A stretch of DNA of 64,000 nucleotides from an archaeon (GTDB lineage Archaea; Methanobacteriota_B; Thermococci; Methanofastidiosales; NM3), in assembly GCA_004212155.1 (NCBI GenBank), contig RXIG01000001.1:128677-192676 (forward strand), written 5' to 3'. The stretch's first letter is position 1; each line of letters begins with the position of its first letter. The notes below the pieces were generated by a model. The model saw only the letters and a program-made list of their open reading frames with translations, did not search any database and had not been told where the DNA came from. Positions 19,469 to 28,774 of the stretch are shown here, piece by piece. The position numbers were made by a program, and so were the translations under genes.

Positions 19469-20143
19469 ATGATGAAGATTGGATTTTTACCCTGTCAGGG
19501 GACTTGTAATGTAGGAGTCATGACCTCAAAAATAGCTATGGGATTTGCAGAAAAAGGGGTCGGCGACATGGTATGCCCGCTTGGTATACCTTTGGGTCTA
19601 GAAGGGATACTAAAGAAGGCAAAAACAAATGATCGATTCATTGCATTGAACGGCTGCACCCTCAAATGTGCTTCAAAGACATTGGATTCGGCAGATCTAC
19701 GAGAATATCAGGAAGTAGTGCTTACTTCAGATTTCGGCATTGAAAAAAACAAGAACTACCATGAGGAGAATGGAATGGAACGGGTGGCAAAACACGTTTC
19801 CCAAATGCTTTCTGAAATGTTGGAAAAAGACGTGGAGTCCCCTATATTTCCTTCCGAACAAGAAAAACAAGAAAGAAGTGGTACCATGGACGAAGAACTG
19901 ATGGAAAAGATAAAAACCCTAAGCAACGATGAGAAAGAGGAGGTCATTCGTATAATCCTTCCTGAAGCCTGTAAGGATATGCAACAGATGAAACGAATGA
20001 TGATGCCTATTTGCATGGATATGATGCAAAAAGGAAATACTACCATGGATGAGATGATGGGCATGATGATGAAGATGAGCAAAGAAATGCGCGAATCACA
20101 GAAAAAGCCCCCTCACAATGGATGCGGCTGCGGATGTTGCTAA
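19469..20143 (+). CDS. DGC-domain putative zinc-binding protein with Met-rich C-terminal extension
   Basis: PCQGTCNVG, MVC, NGCTLKCA DGC cysteines; tail ends GCGCGCC. Confidence 0.8.
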   Translation: MMKIGFLPCQGTCNVGVMTSKIAMGFAEKGVGDMVCPLGIPLGLEGILKKAKTNDRFIALNGCTLKCASKTLDSADLREYQEVVLTSDFGIEKNKNYHEENGMERVAKHVSQMLSEMLEKDVESPIFPSEQEKQERSGTMDEELMEKIKTLSNDEKEEVIRIILPEACKDMQQMKRMMMPICMDMMQKGNTTMDEMMGMMMKMSKEMRESQKKPPHNGCGCGCC

Positions 20144-20360
20144 ATAAGCTGTAAGATCGTGTACCAGAAACCACATTCATTTGGTGATCGTCGAGGCTTC
20201 AGTTGCCAGAGTATGTATTACACCCCCTGTGGCATAAAACCAATGTCATGAGCCCGGGGCTCTGGGAGATGACATTCAAGACCCAGTTGCTTTGGGGTTA
20301 GGTAGGGGAATGATTTCCAAGCTTCATTCGTATGAATGGCAATGAACACAAATCAAAAAC

Positions 20361-20735
20361 ATGATGGACATGGATCATACAATTGATATCTTCAGAATGC
20401 TGTCAGATGAATCAAGATTACGGTTGCTTATACTGTTGTCTTACCAACCGTTATGCGTATGCCAGTTGTCCGAGATAATGGAAAAAACCCAACCTGCCAT
20501 CTCCAGCCATCTGGCAAAACTACGTGCTAATGGCCTTGTTGCATACGACAAACATGGACAATGGGTATTCTATCATCTAAAATATGATAACGAAGTTCTA
20601 GATTTACTGTTAAAGTATCTGGTACATAATCGTACGAGCTTTCCCACTCTAGAAAAGGATAGAGCGGCGTACGATTCCGTGGTAAGAGGGGACACCAAAT
20701 GCCAACATGGCATAGGGGTGAAAAATGATGAATGA
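20361..20735 (+). CDS. ArsR/SmtB family regulator
   Basis: LSDESRLR, LCVCQL, QPAISSHL. Confidence 0.9.
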   Translation: MMDMDHTIDIFRMLSDESRLRLLILLSYQPLCVCQLSEIMEKTQPAISSHLAKLRANGLVAYDKHGQWVFYHLKYDNEVLDLLLKYLVHNRTSFPTLEKDRAAYDSVVRGDTKCQHGIGVKNDE

Positions 20736-21459
20736 ATATCAGGTGATGGAAACACGACTCGTTGAACTTCTTCATCTATCACGATGTCCTGTGGGCGTAA
20801 AGTTCCTAGATTCAAAAAATACAAATAATTATAAAGATTTGCTTGAATCGAGCAAAAGAGTACGATATTGCCAAGCGTTGATGCTCGCAGGCAAGGGGGA
20901 AAGAATCGTTCTTTCCAAAGATAAAATAGCATGCCCTGCTGCCTCGGCAGCTTTTGGATTCGCACCTCTGACCGAGGCTTTAGAGAGTGGGAAGATGCTT
21001 CATACATTGGGTCTTTTCGAGAGCATCGAATCTTCTAGAGAGCTCATGGCAAAAATGCCCAGACTTGTTGCCGGGGCTTATGATGCAGTGTTGCTCAGTC
21101 CTTTGGGATGTATGGTAGAAGACCCAGACATCGTGGTATTGGAATCCCAGCCAGAGCACCTGATGTGGGTTGCACTTGCTAGCATCTATACAACTGGCGA
21201 AAGGATGAAATTCAGTACTGGCGTATTTCAGGCAACATGTGTGGATGCCACAGTAGTGCCTTTTCGTGATCACAAGCTCAATGCTAGTCTTGGATGTTAT
21301 GGGTGCAGGGACTCGACAGACATAGGAAAAGATGAAGTGTTAGTAGGGTTTCCATACTGTTCTACAATACCCATCATACGTGCCTTAGAGCAATTGTCAA
21401 CAAAACCAATGAAGCGCGTGAGGGAAAAAACAGCGCTAAAACACCTAAATAAATGTTGA
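20725..21459 (+). CDS. DUF169 domain protein
   Basis: PVGVKF, YCQA, IACPAA, QATC, SLGCYGCR. Confidence 0.85.
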   Translation: MMNEYQVMETRLVELLHLSRCPVGVKFLDSKNTNNYKDLLESSKRVRYCQALMLAGKGERIVLSKDKIACPAASAAFGFAPLTEALESGKMLHTLGLFESIESSRELMAKMPRLVAGAYDAVLLSPLGCMVEDPDIVVLESQPEHLMWVALASIYTTGERMKFSTGVFQATCVDATVVPFRDHKLNASLGCYGCRDSTDIGKDEVLVGFPYCSTIPIIRALEQLSTKPMKRVREKTALKHLNKC

Positions 21460-21529
21460 TTATATACTAAAATCTATAATCGTAAGTATTATATGGATAA
21501 AGTCGATAATAAAACAGGGTGATGAAGCG

Positions 21530-21751
21530 ATGACCGATACTTGGTATCCTATAATTGATATGGTGCGATGCACCAAATGTCTGGAATGTGTGAACTTCTG
21601 TCCACATGATGTGTTTACTGTTGAGAATGATCGACCCATAGTGGAGCATCCGGAGAACTGTGTTGAGTTTTGCAGGGGCTGCCAAAGAGGCGCTTGCGAA
21701 TATGAAGCTATTCTATTTCGTGGCGGGGATGTATGTATGGAGGAATTCTGA
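21530..21751 (+). CDS. 4Fe-4S dicluster ferredoxin
   Basis: CTKCLECVNFCP; CVEFCRGCQRGAC. Confidence 0.9.
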   Translation: MTDTWYPIIDMVRCTKCLECVNFCPHDVFTVENDRPIVEHPENCVEFCRGCQRGACEYEAILFRGGDVCMEEF

Positions 21752-22110
21752 TGGGGAAGAAAGGTCTAATCGTATGTGTATGCCAAGGCACATGCCCTTC
21801 ATTCCAAAAGATGAATGTATTCAATGTGCTCAATGCTATACGAAGGAAAAAACTAGTTGATTTCGTTTCACTCCATCCACAGCTATGTGCCAAGGATGGC
21901 GACGAATACCTTCGGACGCTACTATCAAATACTGATATTGATAGATTGTATGTGGCAGCCTGTGAGTCTCATATGCAGGAGAAGATGTTTGAGCGAGCTT
22001 TCAACGATGCAGGCTTTGATCCTTCAAAACATTCGTCTGTCGATATACGCAACATGAACACCGAGGAAGCTGTGACCGCAATTACAAAGCTCATCGAGGA
22101 AAATCCCTAA
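21751..22110 (+). CDS. Stand-alone heterodisulfide reductase subunit A N-terminal-like domain protein
   Basis: CVCQGTC, HPQLC, VAAC, VDIR pattern. Confidence 0.75.
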   Translation: MGKKGLIVCVCQGTCPSFQKMNVFNVLNAIRRKKLVDFVSLHPQLCAKDGDEYLRTLLSNTDIDRLYVAACESHMQEKMFERAFNDAGFDPSKHSSVDIRNMNTEEAVTAITKLIEENP

Positions 22111-22339
22111 TTCGTATGTCCTCGGCATCCGCGCTTCGGCCGAAGAGAATGTGAATTCAAAAACACATGCACCATATCTTTTCAACGTCGTATCCCATGT
22201 AGCGGGATATTTTTCATTTTTTTTCTGCATATTTTATGTAGAAAAAAATAGGCTAGTAATTATTAATATTATAATATTATAGTAGTATCAACTTCGTGGA
22301 TGTCACAATCTTTATATTAACGTATTCTACCACTCTCAC

Positions 22340-22960
22340 ATGCTTAAGATCATCATAGCCGAAGCAGAGCTTGAACCAATGCCCCGCTCGCTTCGCAGCC
22401 TTCCAGTCATGAAGAAGAAATATGGACGAAAGGATGTGGTCCTGCTTGATAGCAACTACCATCATACCTCGATGCAGACACTCCCCGATGCATATCGAAG
22501 AGGGAGGCCGGACATCGTGCACGTCTGCCTGCTCAATGCCCTTGAGTCTCCGCTCAACAAGGACGGAGGGCTGGAGGTATACGTCCATACCCGCAATGAC
22601 AAGGTCATATACATCGACCCGTCGTGGAAGGTCCCCAAATCATACAATAGATTCGTGGGATTGATGGAACAGCTCTTTTCAACCCGCCGCATCACAGCAG
22701 GTGATACCGAACTGCTCCGTATGGTGAACAAGACGTTGCCAGACCTCATCACCGAGGTATCCAGCGGCATGCCTGTCAAGGTGATGCACTACGAGGGCGC
22801 CCCGTATGAGCCGGACCCTGACGAGGTCCTCGTCATCGGAGGATTCCCTCATGGCGATTTTGTCAGCGACCTCCCCTTTTCGCGTTTTTCGATCCATGGC
22901 GAAGAGCTTGTGGCATGGGCAGTGCTCAACCATGTCGTATACGGCGCGCACGGTACATAG
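22340..22960 (+). CDS. nep1: 16S rRNA pseudouridine N1-methyltransferase
   Basis: LLDSNYH, RGRPDIVH, PKSYNRFVGL, IGGFPHG. Confidence 0.93.
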   Translation: MLKIIIAEAELEPMPRSLRSLPVMKKKYGRKDVVLLDSNYHHTSMQTLPDAYRRGRPDIVHVCLLNALESPLNKDGGLEVYVHTRNDKVIYIDPSWKVPKSYNRFVGLMEQLFSTRRITAGDTELLRMVNKTLPDLITEVSSGMPVKVMHYEGAPYEPDPDEVLVIGGFPHGDFVSDLPFSRFSIHGEELVAWAVLNHVVYGAHGT

Positions 22961-22992
22961 GTTTAAATATTTCTCACATACTCTCATACGAT

Positions 22993-23628
22993 ATGAAGTG
23001 GAAGCGCCGAAGGCGCCAAAGACAAAAGATCGCTTCCAGGCACATATCCCGCCTCTTCGACCTTGCAATGGCATACGTGCATGAGAACCCGGCACGCGCC
23101 CGCCGCTATATCGAGATGGCGCGTTCCATCTCCCGCAAGCACAAGGTATCGTTTTCCAAGGAACAGAAACGGTCATATTGCGCGGCATGCAATCTCCCTC
23201 TCGTTACCGGTTCCACGGCACGGGTCAGGATCGGGCATGGCAGGGTGAGCATCACGTGCCTTTCGTGCGGACACGTTAAACGGTATCCCTACCGCAAGGA
23301 ACGGCGCCTGGCGCGCACGCGCCGCCGTGGTTATGCAGAAACCAAGGTCAAGGGAGGGCTCGTCTGCGTTGATGTCACACTCGAGGGCCGTGCCATCAAA
23401 GACATACAGATAAGCGGTGATTTTTTCTTCTATCCGGAGGAGAAGCTCTCCTTGCTCGAAGATCGCATGCGCCATGTCCAGACGTTCAAGGTACGAGATG
23501 CCGTGCACGCATTCTTCGAGCAGGAGGGCGTGAAGGCGCCGGGCATGACGCCTGACGAACTTGCCGGCGCCATCATGCGCGCCTCAGGCAGGGCAATGCC
23601 CCTTAAAAGTTGGCCTTCACCGTCTTGA
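22993..23628 (+). CDS. rnp4: RNase P protein component 4 (Rpp21) fused to a lipoate-protein-ligase C-terminal (LplB-like) domain
   Basis: ARRY, CAAC...CLSC...RYP Zn-ribbon followed in frame by KGGLV...ISGDFFFYPEE...LE. Confidence 0.85.
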   Translation: MKWKRRRRQRQKIASRHISRLFDLAMAYVHENPARARRYIEMARSISRKHKVSFSKEQKRSYCAACNLPLVTGSTARVRIGHGRVSITCLSCGHVKRYPYRKERRLARTRRRGYAETKVKGGLVCVDVTLEGRAIKDIQISGDFFFYPEEKLSLLEDRMRHVQTFKVRDAVHAFFEQEGVKAPGMTPDELAGAIMRASGRAMPLKSWPSPS

Positions 23629-25651
23629 GGACACCAGCACGCGGTTCGAAGATGTCCCCGCCCCGCTTTAGTTCCTCGATGGCACGGACGATGAACTCCT
23701 TTCCGATGCCTGCCTCCTTTGCCGCCTTGACCACTTCCTCATACGGTGCTCCCTCGTCATAGTCCTGTTCGATCTTTTCGATAAGCTCATAGACCTGTAT
23801 AATCTTTTGGCGCTGCGAGGTGGCCTTTCCAGTCATAAGGATATCAACGTCCATAGAGCCCGTTTCCTTGTCCATCATGATCTTTTCTATGACGCTTCGG
23901 TATAAGCTGATCGTGGCGTCAGCATCTTCGGGCGTGACAACATTGGAGAGCCGCATGCGCGCTCTGGCCTCCGAAAGGCGGATCAATGCCTCGAGCTGTC
24001 GCGCCGTGATGGGGACCGCGCCACCCTCTGCCCCCTGTTTGCGTATCGAGACGTAGAACTTGTGCAGTTTTTCCACTGTCTCCTTCATGAGCTCGGGATA
24101 CACATTCCTCTTGGCATACGATATGTACTTGACAAGGAACTCCGGCTCGAGGATGGGAGATATGTTTTCCTCGACACCGCTGTGGCTGTCGAGGATGTGT
24201 CGCGCGATGCGCGAGTCCTCCGCATCGTTTGGCACGTCCTTGAGCACGAAGATGAGGTCGAATCGCGAGAGCAGAGAATGGGGAAGGTCGATCTGTTCGA
24301 GTTCGTTCTTATAGTTGTCGAATCTTCCAAGCTTCGGATTCGCAGCGGCAAGGATCGACGCCCTTGCATTAAGCGTCGCCACGATGCCCGCCTTGGCGAT
24401 GCTGATCGTTTGCTGCTCCATCGCCTCGTGCACCGACGAACGGTCATCGGTGGTCATCTTGTCGATCTCATCGATACAGGCTATGCCCCCGTCGGCGAGC
24501 ACGAGGGCACCTGCCTCTAGCGCCCAGCCGCCCGTTGTTTCATCCTTGACGACAGCCGCGGTAAGGCCGGCGCTTGACGTGCCCTTTCCTGAGGTGTAGA
24601 CGCTACGCGGGGCGAGACGGGCGACATATTGGAGGATCTGTGACTTGGCAACACCAGGATCACCGACGAGCAGCATATTGGAATCACCTCGCAATCTCGT
24701 GCCGTCGGGGAGCTCGCGCATCACACCTGCAAAGAGTTGGAGTGCTATTGCCTCCTTGACGTCGCTGAGGCCGTAGATAGAGGGGGATATGGACCCAACG
24801 ACCTTCTGAACGATGTTCTCGTCCTGGGACAGCTCCCATATCCGCGCCTCGTCCTCATCGGTGATGAGCGTGTCGTCGACGTCCTTTTCGAGCACCTCGA
24901 TGCAGTTCACCTCGATGTATTTGGAAAACGTTGTCTTCTTGACCTTGAACTGACTGTCCTGAACGGTCTTGAGGATGCCCGTGACGGTCACGCGTGAGCC
25001 TGCCTGGGCCATATCTACGATATCGTCGCGCAGCAGGCAGTTGATGTGCTGGGGCATGCGCCCTCCCTTGAGGGTCTCGGGACGCTCCTGCACCTTGATC
25101 AGCTGCCAGTCGATGAATCGCGACTGATCTTCCAAAAGCTTGAAGGGACCTGACTTGCCGCATGCCGGATTGGGACATGCAGGGGGTTTCTTGAAGTTCG
25201 TCGAGTCCTGGCGTATGAAGATGATCTCACCGCACCGTTCACATTCAAAGACCGCCTCTATGATCTCGGGCTTCACCTCGGAGGCCCGTCCTACGATGGC
25301 GATGATCTGTATGAGCTTGTGCATATCCTCCGTTCGTATCTGCCTGATCCCCTTATCGCGCGTGGCATCAAGATTGTGAAACCGTACATGAAGCGACTGG
25401 TCGGGAAACTCTGGCAAGGCCTCCTGGAGAACCTGTTCCGCGATGGGGATGACCTCAAGCGGCTTGTCGACCAGTTCGGTATAGATGTCCTGGTCATACG
25501 TTATGAGGTCGTCACAGTCGACGACGAGGCTATGCGTGTCGTTCGCCCTCATATCCTCTATCTTCTTCTTGTACTTGGGAAACGATACGTCGGGATAAGT
25601 TTCGAAAAAATCCCTGAATCCGCTGATGATGGAATCGAAATCTACTGCCAT
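23603..25651 (-). CDS. mcm: Replicative helicase MCM
   Basis: GDPGVAKSQ, IDEIDKM, SRFD, Zn finger; no intein. Confidence 0.98.
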   Translation of the reverse strand: MAVDFDSIISGFRDFFETYPDVSFPKYKKKIEDMRANDTHSLVVDCDDLITYDQDIYTELVDKPLEVIPIAEQVLQEALPEFPDQSLHVRFHNLDATRDKGIRQIRTEDMHKLIQIIAIVGRASEVKPEIIEAVFECERCGEIIFIRQDSTNFKKPPACPNPACGKSGPFKLLEDQSRFIDWQLIKVQERPETLKGGRMPQHINCLLRDDIVDMAQAGSRVTVTGILKTVQDSQFKVKKTTFSKYIEVNCIEVLEKDVDDTLITDEDEARIWELSQDENIVQKVVGSISPSIYGLSDVKEAIALQLFAGVMRELPDGTRLRGDSNMLLVGDPGVAKSQILQYVARLAPRSVYTSGKGTSSAGLTAAVVKDETTGGWALEAGALVLADGGIACIDEIDKMTTDDRSSVHEAMEQQTISIAKAGIVATLNARASILAAANPKLGRFDNYKNELEQIDLPHSLLSRFDLIFVLKDVPNDAEDSRIARHILDSHSGVEENISPILEPEFLVKYISYAKRNVYPELMKETVEKLHKFYVSIRKQGAEGGAVPITARQLEALIRLSEARARMRLSNVVTPEDADATISLYRSVIEKIMMDKETGSMDVDILMTGKATSQRQKIIQVYELIEKIEQDYDEGAPYEEVVKAAKEAGIGKEFIVRAIEELKRGGDIFEPRAGVLKTVKANF

Positions 25652-26094
25652 GCGTCTCCCTCGAACAATGAGCGCCCTATGTCTTCAACGAGCGATGAGA
25701 GCTTGACATAGAACTCAGCTTCCTTCGGTTGCATATACGCCTTGATGCTTTTAGGTTGATTGAGGTGTTTATGTATCTTTTCCAAGCGCACGTAAAGTAA
25801 TTCCATGGTGGCCTGGCGCAGGCGTCCCTGCTCCTTTTCCTCCTTTTCTGTGGCGATCGAATGGGCAACGAGTTCATAGATGTTTGTTGGCAGTTCCTGC
25901 AGACCGGGTTGAGAACGTTCAGTCATCACATATTTTCGCATCGCGGCGCTTGAAACACGGGGGATCTCGACCACTTCGTTGCGCTCGAGCACGTAGGCGA
26001 TGTGCGGTGGCAATTCCTTCGTTTCGCCCTTCTTTATCACGACAGTGAGCAAGTCGGATTCGTACTGATATGTCTGCAGCCCCTTCACTTTCAT
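25642..26094 (-). CDS. GINS subunit, Gins23-type
   Basis: N-terminal B domain (GETKELPPHIAYVL) then helical A domain (ER...LQELP..IY, RLEKI); overlaps the mcm start. Confidence 0.75.
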   Translation of the reverse strand: MKVKGLQTYQYESDLLTVVIKKGETKELPPHIAYVLERNEVVEIPRVSSAAMRKYVMTERSQPGLQELPTNIYELVAHSIATEKEEKEQGRLRQATMELLYVRLEKIHKHLNQPKSIKAYMQPKEAEFYVKLSSLVEDIGRSLFEGDAWQ

Positions 26095-26186
26095 GTGCGG
26101 TACCCCGGGTTCATGCGTATGCTTGATGCATTAAAAAAATCTTCTCACATACCGACTGGTCCAGGTGTTCATAAAGATTGCTTCGA

Positions 26187-26207
26187 CCCCTTCATGTCCA
26201 CTGGAAC
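26187..26207 (-). promoter_or_regulatory. ORB (origin recognition box)-like Orc1/Cdc6 site
   Basis: GTTCCAGTGGACATGAAGGGG, with a degenerate inverted copy at 26158-26176. Confidence 0.7.
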
Positions 26208-26268
26208 TTTCTACTCATTTTTGTTAAATTACCCAAAAGCTTTTAACATCCGTGGGCATGGAGATACC

Positions 26269-27036
26269 ATGAAGCGCAACTCTCAAGAGATTGCCGTGAT
26301 CGGACTCTTTATAGCACTTATCGCCGTTTTGCAGGTGTCCCCCCTCTACGTGCCTACGGCATGGGGAATGCGCATCGATATCGTCGCCGTGCCGGTGCTT
26401 GTGGCATTCTTCCTGTATGGCCTGCGCACAGCTCTTGCGGTCTCTGCCGGCATGTTCGTAGTGCTCTCCATCGTTGCTGCCGAATCGGTTATCGGCGCTT
26501 CGATGAAGTGGATAGCGACAGTACCCATGGTAATCACTCCTGCAATCCTCAGATTGCAGGTAAGCAAGGAAAGCCTTCGAAACGACATAGGCACCATCGT
26601 AGGGGCCGTGATTAGCATCGTTGCACTCATTGCACTCGTTGGCATCATGTACGAGATGGCGGGCTCCGAATCCCGGGAGCTGTATTCACCCTTCATCGTG
26701 CTCATCGCTTCCGCCGCGTTCTATGGTGCTTTCTACATCGTCAGTCAGCGTCATGAACCACAAAGCCTCGGCATTTACAAGGAACCAAAGATGATTGCCA
26801 CTGTGCTCATCCTCGCTGTCCTCGTACGGGGGATAACGACCACCGTTATCAACTATTACTTCACGCTACCCGTATTCTTCGACATACCCACGGCGGCGGC
26901 GCTCGAATGGGTACCGTGGTATGTGATGTTTGGCCTCAATGCCATACAGGGTGCGCTTGAGGTCACCGTTGCATGGCTGCTCGTGTTCAAGACGAAGGCA
27001 TTTTCGTACGTGCAAAAAGCTTATATACAATCGTAA
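26269..27036 (+). CDS. ECF transporter S-component-like membrane protein
   Basis: IAVIGLFIAL, MRIDIVAVP...FFLYG; multiple TM helices. Confidence 0.7.
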   Translation: MKRNSQEIAVIGLFIALIAVLQVSPLYVPTAWGMRIDIVAVPVLVAFFLYGLRTALAVSAGMFVVLSIVAAESVIGASMKWIATVPMVITPAILRLQVSKESLRNDIGTIVGAVISIVALIALVGIMYEMAGSESRELYSPFIVLIASAAFYGAFYIVSQRHEPQSLGIYKEPKMIATVLILAVLVRGITTTVINYYFTLPVFFDIPTAAALEWVPWYVMFGLNAIQGALEVTVAWLLVFKTKAFSYVQKAYIQS

Positions 27037-27039
27037 GCA

Positions 27040-27630
27040 GTGGGGCGTATGGTACAGGCCGCGGTGCTCCTAAAGCTCGTGGACGCGAAATCACGCCTCG
27101 CTCCTTTTCTTTCCCTTGCTCAGCGCCAGACCATGGTATTGTACATGCTCTCGCATGTGCTCAACGTTCTTGAGGACGTGCCCACAATGATCCTTACACG
27201 ATCGTTTTGCGCATTGGGTACGCGTAGCGACGAGGAAAACATCAACGAATGTATCGACATGGTGCGACGGTCGATCGATGACGACCTGGTCGTTGTCACG
27301 AGCGATCTGCCTTTTTTTAACAAAGAAGCGCTTCAGGCGCTTACAAGCGAACCTGAAACGCTGGCGATAGGACCCTCCCACAACGGTGGCACGAGTGGTC
27401 TTTTCATCCCTCGTTCGATCGATTTCTCGCCGCGTTTTGGAAGGGGGAGCCTCGAGCGGCATCGACAGCAGTCTGTGGAGAAAGGGCATACCATGCGTTT
27501 GGTCGATATGCCCGCATTCAGGGATGTCGATACATGGGAGGATGTGGAATGGATATTTGAAAACGCACCTTCATCGGCCATAGGACGATTTTTGTCCGGA
27601 TTGGCCAAGCGCCCTATAACTGCCTTTTGA
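27040..27630 (+). CDS. cofC: 2-phospho-L-lactate/PEP guanylyltransferase
   Basis: AKSRL, SDLP, GGTS, FG..S...H, DVDT.ED. Confidence 0.85.
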   Translation: MGRMVQAAVLLKLVDAKSRLAPFLSLAQRQTMVLYMLSHVLNVLEDVPTMILTRSFCALGTRSDEENINECIDMVRRSIDDDLVVVTSDLPFFNKEALQALTSEPETLAIGPSHNGGTSGLFIPRSIDFSPRFGRGSLERHRQQSVEKGHTMRLVDMPAFRDVDTWEDVEWIFENAPSSAIGRFLSGLAKRPITAF

Positions 27631-28258
27631 CAGACATTATCTCGAGGATGCTTGCGCTGTCCTCCATTCGGTCAGAGATGCTGGCGACATTGAGCACGAA
27701 GTCGCGCAGCCATAGTTTTTCTGCAAGGTGCAGGTCACTGTTTTCAAAGATCGTCTTCCTGAGCTTGTACTCGATCTTGTCAACGACATGCTCCTTTCGC
27801 TCCACTTCCTGCGTTTCCTTGATCGTCATCTCCCTGTCGGTTCGGAAATAGACGATCGCCTTCTTGAGATTCTCGAAGGGGGATATGGTGTTCTCGACAA
27901 GCTCGGTGAATCCTGATGACATCGACGAAGGTATGTGGGGATGCTCGAGCACGAGCGTGTTGATGTTGAACTTGGCCTTGTCGGCTATGTCGTCATACGT
28001 ATAGCTGAACGTATAGATGTCATCCCTGTAGAGGGGCATGAAAGCACCCTCGTAGAGCTTCATCTGCACGGCCCGCTTCTTCTCGTCGGCGATGTGCTCA
28101 TCATGCATGATCTCATCGCGTATGGACTCGCACTGGCATATGTCGTCGCTTAGGTACGAATCCATGCCCCTCTTGAAACCTCGGAGACACTTTTCGATGT
28201 GGACCGTATGTTCATCGATGATCGAGGAGACTTCCTTCTCCTTCTTTCCAAAAATCAT
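27614..28258 (-). CDS. TIGR00153/DUF47 phosphate transport regulator
   Basis: EHIADEKKR...FMPLYRDD, EHVVD, ISDRMED. Confidence 0.87.
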   Translation of the reverse strand: MIFGKKEKEVSSIIDEHTVHIEKCLRGFKRGMDSYLSDDICQCESIRDEIMHDEHIADEKKRAVQMKLYEGAFMPLYRDDIYTFSYTYDDIADKAKFNINTLVLEHPHIPSSMSSGFTELVENTISPFENLKKAIVYFRTDREMTIKETQEVERKEHVVDKIEYKLRKTIFENSDLHLAEKLWLRDFVLNVASISDRMEDSASILEIMSVKRQL

Positions 28259-28390
28259 TGAATATAGATTCTTGTGAAAAAATATATACTTTTCCATGAC
28301 GGGCCGTGTGCGAACACACATGTCGTGCACTAATTGATGGCACGTTCATATACGGTAAGCTTTTTATCTGTCCGATAAAATGAGTATGCA

Positions 28391-28684
28391 ATGGACAAGG
28401 AACGGGAAGTAGCAAGCATCTTCAAAGCCCTTTCAGACGAGAATCGGGTGAAGATTGTGGAATTCCTGCGAGAAGGGGAGCGGTGTGTTTGCGAGATCGT
28501 GCCCTTCATCGGCACTTCCCAATCCAATGTTTCTCAACATCTTCGCGTGCTGCGTGAGGCGGGCGTCATCGATTACCGCCGCGACGGAAAGAAGATCATG
28601 TACTTCGTTGTTTTCAAAGATGTCTTTGATATCCTCGACACTGTCTATGCAACGACCACGCAGATGATGAACGCTTCCGAATGA
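28391..28684 (+). CDS. arsR: ArsR family regulator
   Basis: FKALSDENR, ERCVCEI, SQHLRVL. Confidence 0.9.
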   Translation: MDKEREVASIFKALSDENRVKIVEFLREGERCVCEIVPFIGTSQSNVSQHLRVLREAGVIDYRRDGKKIMYFVVFKDVFDILDTVYATTTQMMNASE

Positions 28685-28741
28685 GCTAACTCTCTTGTGC
28701 ATACCCTCCATACCAAAAGTTTTTTAAGCTAAATATAATCA

Positions 28742-28759
28742 TATTAGTAATTACTTATA
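28742..28759. promoter_or_regulatory. Putative ArsR operator upstream of arsP
   Basis: TATTAGTAATTACTTATA, 15/18 identical to the palindrome at 19423. Confidence 0.55.
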
Positions 28760-28774
28760 TTTAGAGGGTTCAAC

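Noticed and set aside
23603-25651. Possible intein in MCM
   Set aside because: 682 aa is normal length and the motifs are contiguous
26002-26268. Long N-terminal extension of the ECF-S-like ORF
   Set aside because: Overlaps the GINS gene and promoter/ORB region; ATG 26269 is the plausible start (same logic for extensions at 51039, 22915, 12614 and 57667)
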